Shown here: in pieces, positions 26,349 through 35,709 of the stretch
How the letters are laid out: each line of letters starts with the position of its first letter
Position numbering within the stretch: the stretch's first letter is position 1
Origin: Candidatus Marinacidobacterium sp.
GTDB taxonomy: Bacteria; Acidobacteriota; Vicinamibacteria; Marinacidobacterales; Marinacidobacteraceae
Length of the DNA stretch: 64,000 bases
NCBI GenBank assembly: GCA_965220965.1
Contig: OZ244852.1
Location: forward strand, 2,144,001 to 2,208,000
Direction: 5' to 3'
The notes under the pieces: generated by a model
Told to the model about the DNA's origin: nothing
Seen by the model: the letters and a program-made list of their open reading frames with translations, nothing else
The model's database searches: none
Translations under genes and position numbers: made by a program

Positions 26349-26794
26349 CTTCTTTCGAACAGCCGCTCGAACCGGGCCCTGGCGTCCCGGTTCGTATCCA
26401 GGCGGCGACCGGTCACGTCCAGCACTTCGATCGGGCGGAAGTGGAGGCACTCGTTCCCGGCCCATTTGTTCGGGATGCGTTCCGGGACCTCCGCGCGGCA
26501 TTCGAACCGCTGGGCGGGATCGAACAGCGAACAGTGGCGACAGGAACGGAGCGCCGTCTTGCAGGTCGGACAGGTCGAACCCACGACGATCGAGACTTCT
26601 CCGGTGGGCCACTGATAGCCGCAGCGACCGCAGCGGGTGACAACGCTCGCCCGTCGGTCCCCGGCGAGCCGGAGCGTGCGGAGCTGTTCGGAGTTCCCGA
26701 GGTCGGCGAGGCGCTCATTCATCTCCCGGTGAAAACGCCGCTGCTCGGGCGTATCGGGACGGCGCTTCTTGCGGCCTCGGGTGCGGTACTTCAA
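26345..26794 (-). CDS. Cys-rich (multi-CxxC) hypothetical protein
   Basis: CGRC, CPTC, CRHC, then FDP..RFEC..NEC and ARARFERLF; start uncertain (TTG at 26794). Confidence 0.7.
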   Translation of the reverse strand: MKYRTRGRKKRRPDTPEQRRFHREMNERLADLGNSEQLRTLRLAGDRRASVVTRCGRCGYQWPTGEVSIVVGSTCPTCKTALRSCRHCSLFDPAQRFECRAEVPERIPNKWAGNECLHFRPIEVLDVTGRRLDTNRDARARFERLFERS

Positions 26795-26855
26795 GGATTC
26801 AGAGGGAAACGGAAGAGGGAAACCCCGGGCCTCGAAACCTTCCCGCAACGGGCCC

Positions 26856-27003
26856 GGAGAGAGATGTGGGGCGGCTCCATCCGTGAGATCGGCCGCCGGG
26901 GTCGGGCCACCTTGTGGGAAACCGGTCCGGCCATCCGCCCGCAAACCGGCGCAGCGGACAAGGCCTCGAAGACCCCCGCCGGAGCACTGAAGCTCTGTCT
27001 CCC
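26856..27003 (-). ncRNA. Candidate structured intergenic RNA (long rod)
   Basis: Nested complementary segments GGAGACAGA/TCTCTCTCC, GCTCC/GGAGC, GGGGTC/GACCCC, CCTTGT/ACAAGG in the gap after mutM. Confidence 0.35.
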
Positions 27004-27048
27004 GACCCGACTTCCGAAGAGTAACACGATACGCCCGCCGCACGGGCT

Positions 27049-27876
27049 TCACAGCGGCTGGCAGCGGTGACAGAAGAAAGCGGAACGACCGGTGATCACG
27101 GCTCGCTCGATGGCCGCCCGGCGGCAGGAAGGACAGGCCTTCCCCTGCTGGCCGTAAACCAGGAACCGCGTTTCGACTCCCCGGCGTCCCGGCGCGCCCT
27201 CGCTGACGTAGTGGATCTCGAGCCCCCGCGCTTCCCTGATCGTGCGCCGGAGCGTGCTGCGGATCGCCCGGTGAAGCCGTACAGCTTCCTCGGCCGCGAG
27301 CGAATCCGACGGCCTGGCCGGATGGATCCCGGCGCGCCAGAGCGATTCGGTGGCCTGGATGTTCCCGATGCCGGCGATCCGGTTCTGGTCCATGAGCAGC
27401 GCCTTGACCGGGCGCGTCGTCGCCTGAAGCAACCCGAGGAGAAGAGCTCCCGTGAATCGCTTCCCGAGCGGCTCGGGGCCCAGGCGCGCCAGCCGCTCCT
27501 CGTCCGAGGGCCGCGCAACGGAGAACCGCCCGAAGCGGCGCGGGTCCCGGAAGAGGAGGCGGGCGCCTCCCGGAACCCGGAGTCCGGCGCGCACCGCGGG
27601 AGGGTCGGCCTCGGCCGACCGCCGGAGAACCCACTTCCCGGACATGCCCAGATGGGTCAGGAGAGACGGTCGCGGCGCCTCGAGGTGGATCAGCAGGAAC
27701 TTGCCCCGACGGACCACCGCGCGGACGACGGCGCCCTCCGTCGCCTCCCGGAGGAGGGCTTCGGGCTGCCCGCGTCGGATCAGGGGATCCGGCGCCCAGA
27801 GTTCCTCGACCCGTCGGCCGACGAGCCACGACTCGAGGTTCTCCCGCTGGATCTCCGCCTCGGGAAGCTCGGGCAC
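27049..27876 (-). CDS. mutM: Formamidopyrimidine-DNA glycosylase (Fpg/Nei family)
   Basis: N-terminal PELPE, RRGKFL, HLGMSG, DPRRFG, LMDQNRIAGIGNI, C-terminal CPSC..CHRCQ zinc finger. Confidence 0.92.
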   Translation of the reverse strand: MPELPEAEIQRENLESWLVGRRVEELWAPDPLIRRGQPEALLREATEGAVVRAVVRRGKFLLIHLEAPRPSLLTHLGMSGKWVLRRSAEADPPAVRAGLRVPGGARLLFRDPRRFGRFSVARPSDEERLARLGPEPLGKRFTGALLLGLLQATTRPVKALLMDQNRIAGIGNIQATESLWRAGIHPARPSDSLAAEEAVRLHRAIRSTLRRTIREARGLEIHYVSEGAPGRRGVETRFLVYGQQGKACPSCRRAAIERAVITGRSAFFCHRCQPL

Positions 27877-27897
27877 GGACGGAAGCGTGCTCCGTGG

Positions 27898-29883
27898 TCA
27901 GTCTTCCGCGAAGATCTCCCCGACGGCGCGGAACGCCTGGTCCACCGCCGACTGGGTGTAGGCGTAGGCGCCGGCGTCGGCGTTCGCGATGTGGACGCGT
28001 CCGATGGGGCGCCGCCCGATTTCGTGAGGCGCTTCGCCCTCCGGGAAGGGCGGGTCCCAGAGCGGGTTGTACTCGTAGGAGTATCCGTGAGGCCACCGGT
28101 TCACGGTCAGGCCGAGGATGTCGCGGGCGGGGTCGAAGCCGCCGGCGCCGAGAGCCCGCGCGAGCTGGTCCCGCGTCTCCCGCTCGAACGTCTCGAACGG
28201 AGTGCGGAGCAGCTCGGCCTGCCCCGCCCGGTACTGCTCGCGGGCGCTTCCTCCGGGACGGCAGGGAGTGCGGACGGTGTGGAGCACGATCAGGTCGTCG
28301 GGGCCGCTCGAGAACTCGTAGCCCCCCAGGCTCACGGGGAAGTCGAGCGAGACCGAGGAATGGAACCCGGCCGGGAAATAGATGGACGAGGCCCCGAGCT
28401 CGGCGAAGGACCGCCAGTCGCGCAGCAGGACGTTGCTGTAGACCAGCGGCACCTTCGGCGGATACAGCAGCGCTTCGCGCTGCGCCTCCGGGATTTCCGG
28501 CGTCAGGAACGGGACGACCCGGTTGTAACAGCCGAGCACCACGCGGCCGGCGCGGACCCGGACTTCCGCGCCGTCCGAGACGTAGGTCACGGCGGCGTCT
28601 TCGCTCCCCCCGGGACGCACCCTGACCGCCGTGGAGTTGAGGCGGATCCGGCAGGGAGCGCCTTCCCGGTCCAGCATGCGGTAATCGAGGCGGGCGCGCA
28701 CGATGTCCTCGCCGCTCGAGCCGGGCGCCGCCTCCGGGATCAGCCGGCGCACGAGCAGCCGGGCGATCGTGGCGTTTCCGTCGGGGAAGTGGAAGATGTA
28801 GGGCTCGGGAGTCGGGTTCGGCTTCGCGGTCAGGGTCAGGCGCTGGTGATCGGCGTAGTTCAGCCCCATCGCGTCGAAGCCGGGGTAGTCCATGGCCCAG
28901 AGATCGAGCGCCGGGACGCCGTCGGTCCCCATTCCGTAGAGACCGTGGGTGCGCTGACGGAAGAGAGCCTGGACCTCCTCGCCCATCCCCAGCGCATCGA
29001 GGAAGTCCCGGTAGCTGGTGATTCCGAGCCGGTCCTTCTTCGCCGACTCGTCGAGCTCCGGCCAGGGGTCGGGCGGCGCCTCGAACAGCCGGACGAAGTC
29101 CTCGCGCCCCTGCGGCGAGAACGGGGCGTCCCCCGCGAATTCCTCCGCGGACCGGGAGCCGAAGCCGACGACCAGCCGGTCCTCGGCGAAGTCCTCCCGG
29201 CCGAAGAAGACGCCCCGCCCGAGTCCCCGCGACCGATAGAAGTCGCGGTCGAAGGCGGTGTGGAACAGCTCGAGGTCCACCCCCAGTTCATCGAGCAGAC
29301 CGCGCGCGGCGGCGCTGAAGGTAGCGGGGGAGTCGATGGACTGGGTCCCCCCGTAGCCGATCACGGTGCGCCCCTCGTGGGTGAACTCGTTGCGCCGGGC
29401 GTGCCCGCCGAAGTCGTCGTGGTTGTCGAGGATCAGGATCGACGCGTCGGGGCCCGCCGCCTTCCGGAAGAACCAGGCCGCCGCGAGTCCGCTGATGCCG
29501 CCTCCGACCACGACCAGATCGAAGCGGCCCCCGTCCGCGGCCGCCGAGTCGTCCCAGCCGATGCTCTCCCCGTTCGCGGTCTGGCGACGGACCAGATCCC
29601 GCAGCCGGTGCGCCACCTCGAACGAGCCGGGCTGGCTCCCGCGCAACCCGGTGAGCGCGGGCGGATAGGGCCCGTCGGGCGCCGCCATCTCCGGCGCGCA
29701 CCCGGCGAGGAGCCAGCCCGGGACGCCGGCGCCGAGAGTGGCGACGCCGCCGGCGGCCCCGATCGCGACCGGCAGGCCGTTCAGGAAGTCGCGGCGGGTG
29801 ATCCCCCGGCCCATGCCGAGATCCCGGTCGGAACCACGGCGCGGCGGGTCCGGCCGCTCCCGGCGACGTTCTTGTTCAGCCAT
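27898..29883 (-). CDS. Tat-exported FAD-dependent oxidoreductase (spermidine dehydrogenase SpdH-like)
   Basis: ITRRDFLNG Tat motif, YPPALTGLRGS, VVGGGISGL, DNHDDFGGHARRNEF, FPDGNATIAR, VNRWPHGY. Confidence 0.85.
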   Translation of the reverse strand: MAEQERRRERPDPPRRGSDRDLGMGRGITRRDFLNGLPVAIGAAGGVATLGAGVPGWLLAGCAPEMAAPDGPYPPALTGLRGSQPGSFEVAHRLRDLVRRQTANGESIGWDDSAAADGGRFDLVVVGGGISGLAAAWFFRKAAGPDASILILDNHDDFGGHARRNEFTHEGRTVIGYGGTQSIDSPATFSAAARGLLDELGVDLELFHTAFDRDFYRSRGLGRGVFFGREDFAEDRLVVGFGSRSAEEFAGDAPFSPQGREDFVRLFEAPPDPWPELDESAKKDRLGITSYRDFLDALGMGEEVQALFRQRTHGLYGMGTDGVPALDLWAMDYPGFDAMGLNYADHQRLTLTAKPNPTPEPYIFHFPDGNATIARLLVRRLIPEAAPGSSGEDIVRARLDYRMLDREGAPCRIRLNSTAVRVRPGGSEDAAVTYVSDGAEVRVRAGRVVLGCYNRVVPFLTPEIPEAQREALLYPPKVPLVYSNVLLRDWRSFAELGASSIYFPAGFHSSVSLDFPVSLGGYEFSSGPDDLIVLHTVRTPCRPGGSAREQYRAGQAELLRTPFETFERETRDQLARALGAGGFDPARDILGLTVNRWPHGYSYEYNPLWDPPFPEGEAPHEIGRRPIGRVHIANADAGAYAYTQSAVDQAFRAVGEIFAED

Positions 29884-29995
29884 ATCCGTCGCGCCGCATC
29901 TTGTCACAGCCGGCTGTCGTGGCCGGATCCGAGGAACGCGGCCGGCGGTGGCCGGCTCCCGGGTTCGGGAGTCCGCGACGCACGGCGGTCCGGCG

Positions 29996-30280
29996 CTACG
30001 CGGTGATCCAGAGAGGCATACCCAGCGATCGGACAGCGCGCATCACCCGCGAAACCGGGATCGCCGTTCGCCGAGAGCGCCTTGCGGAGCCCTTCGCGGC
30101 TCACCCCGCCTCGCGGGCCAGTCGGTTCATGCGCCCGGAGTGGGCGATGTCATGGAGCGCGGCGCAGATGAGGCTACCGTCGCCCGGGTCTTCCTCCGCG
30201 CAGGCCTCCAGGTAGAGGCGCGCGTCCTCGGGCGTGGCCAGATGCTTCGCAGCGTCCCAGCGGGGGAAGGTCTCGCTCAT
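29996..30280 (-). pseudogene. Frameshifted addiction-module antidote (HI1420-like HTH antitoxin)
   Basis: MSETFPRWDAAKHL..YLEACAEEDPGDGSLI..LAREAG stops at a TGA near 30101; the HTH part SREGLRKALSANGDPGF and the end VMRAVRSLGM lie in shifted frames. Confidence 0.75.
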
Positions 30281-30437
30281 CTCTGTCTCCAGTCTCGGGC
30301 GCCATCGCCTGGATGGGCGTCAGGCACATCTCGTCGAACTCCTTCATCCTCCGCCCGGAAATCAGACCGGCCTCGGCCAGGCTCAGCGCCGCTTCGTGCA
30401 CCGATGCGAACGCCTCGCTCCGGTATCGCCTGGTCAT
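30281..30437 (-). pseudogene. N-terminal half of a COG2944/HigA-like antitoxin, HTH deleted
   Basis: MTRRYRSEAFASVHEAA..AGLISGRRMKEFDEMCLTP..MAPE; similarity ends just where the Xre-type HTH should begin. Confidence 0.7.
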
Positions 30438-30664
30438 GACAACTCTCCTCGAGGCGCCTCTGCGTCGCCGCGGTCATCGCATCGATCCCGCCGTCCACGG
30501 CCTCAAGCCGGAGCCGCCAGGAGGCGACAGAACCTTGCTCCCGGCGCGTCCGCACGCAGAGCCTGACGCAATCCTACGCCGCGTGAACTCCGACGTCGCA
30601 GTGGCGGTCCGAGGCGGTCCGGTAAATTCCCTGAGCCGGATCCATCGTTCCCGGGAGGTCCTCC

Positions 30665-31834
30665 ATGTCCCACTCACTTCATCCGCCCCGGTCGCGGCGC
30701 GAGGCGCTGCGCGTCCTGTCGGCGCTCGCCGCCGCTGCGGCGCTCCCCAAGGGCGTCTTCAGCGCCGAGCGCTTCGGCGCCCTCCAGGAGGAGGCGGTGA
30801 TTCCGTTCACCGACATCCCCGAGGACTTCTCGACGATGCGCGGCGAGTACCCGTTCCGCATCGACCTGCGCGAACTGAGGACCTTCATCACCCCGAACGA
30901 GGACTTCTTCTCGGTCGCGCACTACAACCGGCCCAGCATCGACGCCGCCGACTGGTCGCTCCGGCTGGACGGTCTCGTCGAGCGTCCGCGGACCTTCTCG
31001 CTCGACGACCTGAAGTCCATGCCCCGGGTGGAGCGCACCGTGACCTTCGAGTGCTCCGGGAACCAGGGCATCCGCCATCACGGGATGGTGGGGAACGCCG
31101 TCTGGGGCGGCACGCTGCTGCGGCCGCTGCTCGAGACCGCCCGTCCTCACCCCACGGTCATCGAGACCGTGTTCTGGGCCGCTGACCACGGAACCGAGAC
31201 GATCCGGAACAGCGAGTACCCGCAGGACTTCGCCCGGGCGATGTCCCTCCCGGACGCCCTCGATTCCGGGGCGATGCTGGCGTGGGAGATGAACGGGGAA
31301 CCGCTCCCGGAGAAGAACGGCTACCCGCTGCGGCTCATCGTGCCCGGCTGGTACGGGATCGGACACGTGAAGTGGCTCACCCGGATCCAGTTGAGCGACC
31401 GCCGGCTGATGAACCGGTTCATGGGCCGCGACTACGTGACGATCATCGGCGAGGAGCAGGACGGCAAGACCGTCTGGTTCGAGCGCTCCGTCACCCGCCA
31501 GCGGATCAAGTCGGTCATCGCCCGGGTGACCCGCACCGCGAGCGGCGGGACCAGGGTGTTCGGCGCGGCCTGGAACGACGGCACGCCGATCCGCGAGGTC
31601 CGCGTGCGGGTGGACGGCGGCGCCTGGCGGGCCGCCGACCTGGATCGCAGCGGCAACCCCTTCGCCTGGACCTTCTGGGAGCTCGAGACCGATGCGCTGG
31701 CGCCCGGCGAGCACACGCTCGTCTCGAACGCGGTGGACGAGTTCGGCCGCGAGCAGCCGGCCGACCTGAGCCTCAAGAAGACCTACTGGGAGGACAACGC
31801 CCAGTTCGAGCGCACCGTCATGGTGGCCGGCTGA
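30665..31834 (+). CDS. Sulfite-oxidase-family molybdopterin oxidoreductase (SorA/SoxC-like), Tat signal
   Basis: SRREAL Tat-like motif, ECSGN Mo-ligand Cys, MNGEPLP..NGYPLRLIVPGWYG..VKWL, C-terminal dimerisation domain; GGAGG RBS. Confidence 0.88.
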   Translation: MSHSLHPPRSRREALRVLSALAAAAALPKGVFSAERFGALQEEAVIPFTDIPEDFSTMRGEYPFRIDLRELRTFITPNEDFFSVAHYNRPSIDAADWSLRLDGLVERPRTFSLDDLKSMPRVERTVTFECSGNQGIRHHGMVGNAVWGGTLLRPLLETARPHPTVIETVFWAADHGTETIRNSEYPQDFARAMSLPDALDSGAMLAWEMNGEPLPEKNGYPLRLIVPGWYGIGHVKWLTRIQLSDRRLMNRFMGRDYVTIIGEEQDGKTVWFERSVTRQRIKSVIARVTRTASGGTRVFGAAWNDGTPIREVRVRVDGGAWRAADLDRSGNPFAWTFWELETDALAPGEHTLVSNAVDEFGREQPADLSLKKTYWEDNAQFERTVMVAG

Positions 31835-31849
31835 GTCGGCGAGGTTCCG

Positions 31850-33022
31850 GTGCGACGCCGCTCGGTGCTGATGTCCGCCGGGGGCGCCCTGGTCGGGGCG
31901 CTCCCGGGAGCGCGGGGCGCGTCACCGGCCCAGCGCCTCCGGAGCCGGATCGGCGTCGTGGGCGCGGGCATCCTGGGATCCTCCATCGCGTGGCGGCTGG
32001 CCCGCCGGGGGGCCGAGGTCACGGTGTTCGAGCGGGAGGGGCCCGCCGCCGGCGCCACCGGCAACTCGTTCGCCTGGATCAACGCGAACTACTCGAAGCG
32101 GCCCCACTCCTACTTCCAGCTCAACTGGCTCGGGCTCCAGGGCTGGCGGGGCCTCGAGGCGGAGGTGGGGCATGGCCTCCAGGTGACCTGGGGCGGAAGC
32201 CTCGAGTATCGGGACGCGCCGGACCGGGCCGGAGCGCTGCGCGAACAGCTCGCCCGCCACCAGCGCTGGGGGTACCCGGTGCACGCGGTGGACGCGGAGG
32301 AGTTCCGCCGGCTGGAGTCGGGCGTCACCCCGCAGCAGCCGATTCTGGGCGCCGCGTGGGCGAGCGCCGAAGGCAGCATCGAGCCGCGTTCCGCCACCCG
32401 GGCGCTGCTCGCCGCGGCCGAGGCGGAGGGCGCCCGCTTCGTCCGGGCGGAGGTCACCCGCCTCGACCTGGGCTACGGGGCGCTCCGGGGCGTCGCGACG
32501 AGCGAGGGCGAGTTCGAGCTGGACACGCTCGTGCTGGCCGCCGGCGTCCAGGCGCCGGGGCTCGCGCAGCAGGCGGGCGTGGACGTGCCGCTCGTGGAAT
32601 CGCCCGGCATCCTCGCCCACTCGGCGCCCACCGGAGCGGCTCTTGGACGGATCCTCCTGGCGCCCGAGATCCACGCCAAACAGACCGCCGAGGGCAGGAT
32701 CGTCGCGGGCGTCGGTTTCGCCGGCGCCGGCTCGACGGACGCCTCGATGGCGGTCGGCAAGGGGATCCTCGAGACGACCGCGAAGGTTCTCCCGGCCGCC
32801 AGCGGACTCGATGTGGACGAAGTCACGCTCGGCTACCGGGTCCTTCCGAAGGACGGCCACCCGATCGTGGGCTTCGATCGCGGCGCGCCCGGGATCTACT
32901 TCGCCTCCATGCACAGCGGGGTCACGATGGCCCCGACGATCAGCCAGTTCGCCGCGATGGAGATCCTCGACGACGTCGAGATCGCTCTCCTCGACGACTA
33001 CCGCCTGGCCCGTTTCCGGTAG
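31850..33022 (+). CDS. FAD-dependent oxidoreductase (DAO/glycine oxidase family), Tat-like signal
   Basis: VVGAGILG, ATGNSFAWINA, GYRVLPKDGHPIVG, HSGVTMAP. Confidence 0.88.
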   Translation: MRRRSVLMSAGGALVGALPGARGASPAQRLRSRIGVVGAGILGSSIAWRLARRGAEVTVFEREGPAAGATGNSFAWINANYSKRPHSYFQLNWLGLQGWRGLEAEVGHGLQVTWGGSLEYRDAPDRAGALREQLARHQRWGYPVHAVDAEEFRRLESGVTPQQPILGAAWASAEGSIEPRSATRALLAAAEAEGARFVRAEVTRLDLGYGALRGVATSEGEFELDTLVLAAGVQAPGLAQQAGVDVPLVESPGILAHSAPTGAALGRILLAPEIHAKQTAEGRIVAGVGFAGAGSTDASMAVGKGILETTAKVLPAASGLDVDEVTLGYRVLPKDGHPIVGFDRGAPGIYFASMHSGVTMAPTISQFAAMEILDDVEIALLDDYRLARFR

Positions 33023-33029
33023 GCGCGGC

Positions 33030-33159
33030 GCGGCCCCACGATGGCCGCAAACAGAACCCTTCGGGCTGCCGCTGTGGGGGTGGGGTGGGTCTCGAGGCGA
33101 CAGCCCCCGGACAAGCCGGACGCCGAATGGGTAGGGGGTATAAACAATCCACCCGACGC
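33030..33159 (-). ncRNA. Candidate small RNA with two C-rich-loop hairpins
   Basis: 11-bp stem with 4 G.U pairs (33159-33120) and 10-bp stem (33106-33063), both with C-rich loops; begins just downstream of an extended -10 box. Confidence 0.5.
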
Positions 33160-33166
33160 AGGAAGG

Positions 33167-33175
33167 AATGTACCA
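33167..33175 (-). promoter_or_regulatory. Extended -10 element (TGGTACATT)
   Basis: Plus-strand AATGTACCA at 33167-33175; no convincing minus-strand CDS follows. Confidence 0.5.
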
Positions 33176-33211
33176 CATCCCGGCCGGCCCGGAACCGGCG
33201 GGATGGCGGGC

Positions 33212-34192
33212 TCAGGCGGCCGGAACCGAGGGCGCCGAGGGGCTGCGCCCCGCATGGCGATACGCCGCGAAGACGAGCTCGAGGTCGCGGCGGGCGCGGC
33301 CGAAATCCGAAATCGGTCGGTGGGCGGGGTCGCCCACGGCGCGCAGGAAGTCTCCGGTCATCGCCCGGAACCCCATCAGGTCCGCCAGCGGGCCCATTCG
33401 GGCGTGGACGAAGGGGCCCCGGGAGCGGGTGGCGAGCGCGGCGTAGAGGCCGTTGCTCTCGAAGACCACCCGCCCCCGCTCTCCCTCGATGCGGGAGTGC
33501 TGCAGGACGCCGCCGGGAAGCGAGCGGGCATCCCAGCCGTAGCGGATCTCGCCGACCGCGCCGGACGGGTAGCGCGCGGTGACTTCGGCGCGGCGTTCGG
33601 GGTCGGTCCCGGGGGAGAAGACAGCTTCCACGCTCTCGGGGACTTCATCCAGCAGCGCGCCCAGCAGCGCCACGAAGTGGATGCCGCCCTCGAGCAGGGC
33701 GCCGTGGCGACTGCGCCAGTCCGGAGTCTCCTGGCGCGTCAGCTTCGTCAGGCGGATCCTGCGGACCGGACCGATCTCCCGGGTCCACGCGCGGAGACGC
33801 CGGAGAAGGGGCTTGTAGAGGTAGTTCTCGGCGACCATCAGCGCGCCCGGGGGGCGGCCTTCGAGGGCGCGAGCAATCCGGTCGAGTTCCGGCGCCGCAG
33901 CGACCAGCGGTTTCTCCACGAGGACCGTCTTGCCGGCTTCGAGCGCCGCGACCGTCTGGTCGGCATGGGCGTCGAGGGGCGTCGCCAGGACGATGCCCGC
34001 AACATCCTCCCGGGCGAGAGTCGCCTCCAGGTCGGCGACCGTCTCGCCGCCGAAGCGCGCCGCGAATTCGCGGGCCGAACTCTCCCGGCGGCTCGCGAAG
34101 AGGAGTCGCGCCCGGCCCCGCAGATTCGCGGCGTGGACCCGGCCGATGCCGCCGCAACCCACGACCGCGATGGTTGGGAGCGAATCCGTCAC
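33212..34192 (-). CDS. Gfo/Idh/MocA-family oxidoreductase
   Basis: VVGCGGIG, ATP..H, VLVEKPL, GALLEGGIH. Confidence 0.88.
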   Translation of the reverse strand: MTDSLPTIAVVGCGGIGRVHAANLRGRARLLFASRRESSAREFAARFGGETVADLEATLAREDVAGIVLATPLDAHADQTVAALEAGKTVLVEKPLVAAAPELDRIARALEGRPPGALMVAENYLYKPLLRRLRAWTREIGPVRRIRLTKLTRQETPDWRSRHGALLEGGIHFVALLGALLDEVPESVEAVFSPGTDPERRAEVTARYPSGAVGEIRYGWDARSLPGGVLQHSRIEGERGRVVFESNGLYAALATRSRGPFVHARMGPLADLMGFRAMTGDFLRAVGDPAHRPISDFGRARRDLELVFAAYRHAGRSPSAPSVPAA

Positions 34193-35709
34193 CGGGCCGC
34201 TCCCCGCGCGATCCCCTCGGCCACCCGCAGGGCGTTCGCCGCGATCGTGAGGCTGGGGTTCACGCCTCCCGACGCCGGAAAGGCGCTGCCGTCGGTGACC
34301 CAGAGATTGTGGACGCCGCGGACGCGCCCGTCTACGTGGAGGACCGAATCCTCCGCACCATCTCCCATCCGCAGCGTGCCGACGGCGTGGGAGAACGAGG
34401 AGATGGGCCAGATTCCGGTGGCGAGAGCGCCGGCCTCGCGCAGGATGCCCACCGCCGCCCGCGTCAGCCGCCGCAGGCGTCGTTCATCCGACGATCGGTA
34501 GCGGTGTTCGACCCGGACCCGGGGCTGGCCGAGTTCGTCCTGCTCCGCGGCCAGCGTCACGCGGTTGTCGGGATCGGCTTCATCCTCGGCGACGCACAGC
34601 AGGTTCTGAAGGCGGCGGATGACCGGCCCCCCGAGGAAGAGCCGTCGGAAGCGGCCGGCGGCCTCACGAACGACTTCGGGGGCGGGGGTGTAGATGTCCT
34701 GGATGACGCCGGTGGCGAGGCCCCCGGCATCGCGCTCCGCCTCGTAGAAGTCCGTGAAGGCGACCTGCTTGTGGAACACCTGCTCCGGATTCGTCGGGAA
34801 CCGGAAGAGACCGGCGACCACGGCGTTGCAGTGGCGCATGAGAAACCGCCCGATCGGAAGACCCGGCGCCTCCGGGGCGTTCGACCGGAGAAGCAGGGCC
34901 GGGCTCCCGATGGCGCCGGCGGCCAGGACGAAGACTCCCGCTTCGATCCGGTCCATGTTCCCCGTGCGCGCGTCCTGGCACTCCACGGCCGCGACGCGGG
35001 GGCCGTCGAACGCGAGGCGGCGCACGACCGTCTCCGCCCGGACTTCGACCTGGGGCGCCGCCCGCTCGAGAATCCCGGCGGCGTCGTTCTTGGCGTTCAT
35101 GGCGCAGGGGAACCCGTCGCAGGTGTTGCACCGGACGCAGGCCGGACCGTTCTCCCCGCTGAAGTCCAGCGCGAGCGGGATGGGGAACGGCCGGTAGCCG
35201 AGCCGCCGGCCGGCTTCGAGGATTCGCCGGGCGGGCGCCGAGGGAGGAATCGACTGGAACGGATACGCCCCTGACCGGGTCGGCTCGACGGGGTCCTCCC
35301 CGGCGACGCCGTGGACCCCGAGAAGCCGCTCGGCCTCGGCGTAGAAGGGCTCGAGGTCGCCGTAGCTGATCGGCCAGCGGTCGAAGTCCCGCGCCCGCAG
35401 CCGGAAGGCGGCCCCCCCGTAGAAGACCGACATCCCGCCCACCGTCTCGTTCTGGCGGACCGGGCGGAAATCCCGTTCCTCGCGCTGCCGCACTTCGATG
35501 GGAGCCGGCCCGGCGTATCGCAACCGGCTCAGGATCCCCACCGGGTCCCAGTCCGCCCGGTCGCGGCGGGGCCAGCGTCCGCGCTCGAGCACGAGGACCC
35601 GGGCCCCCTCCTCCCGCATCCGGTGCGCGGCGAGCGCCCCTCCGATGCCGGACCCGATGACGACGGCGTCGTAACGCCGCGTCCCGCCGCTCTGTCGGAT
35701 CGCGGTTAT
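34189..35709 (-). CDS. GMC-family FAD oxidoreductase
   Basis: YDAVVIGSGIGG, VGGMSVFYGG, CVRCNTCDGFPC, HAVGTLRMG, VNPSLTIAANALR; no ATG/GTG near the N-terminus (ATA at 35709 overlaps the upstream stop). Confidence 0.88.
   Translation of the reverse strand: MTAIRQSGGTRRYDAVVIGSGIGGALAAHRMREEGARVLVLERGRWPRRDRADWDPVGILSRLRYAGPAPIEVRQREERDFRPVRQNETVGGMSVFYGGAAFRLRARDFDRWPISYGDLEPFYAEAERLLGVHGVAGEDPVEPTRSGAYPFQSIPPSAPARRILEAGRRLGYRPFPIPLALDFSGENGPACVRCNTCDGFPCAMNAKNDAAGILERAAPQVEVRAETVVRRLAFDGPRVAAVECQDARTGNMDRIEAGVFVLAAGAIGSPALLLRSNAPEAPGLPIGRFLMRHCNAVVAGLFRFPTNPEQVFHKQVAFTDFYEAERDAGGLATGVIQDIYTPAPEVVREAAGRFRRLFLGGPVIRRLQNLLCVAEDEADPDNRVTLAAEQDELGQPRVRVEHRYRSSDERRLRRLTRAAVGILREAGALATGIWPISSFSHAVGTLRMGDGAEDSVLHVDGRVRGVHNLWVTDGSAFPASGGVNPSLTIAANALRVAEGIARGAAR

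Noticed and set aside
26800-26930. Cobalamin-riboswitch-like words on + (GGGAA, CCCGCAAC, GCCAC..GGGAA)
   Set aside because: Flanking genes are on the minus strand, and the B12-box and core helices were not found.
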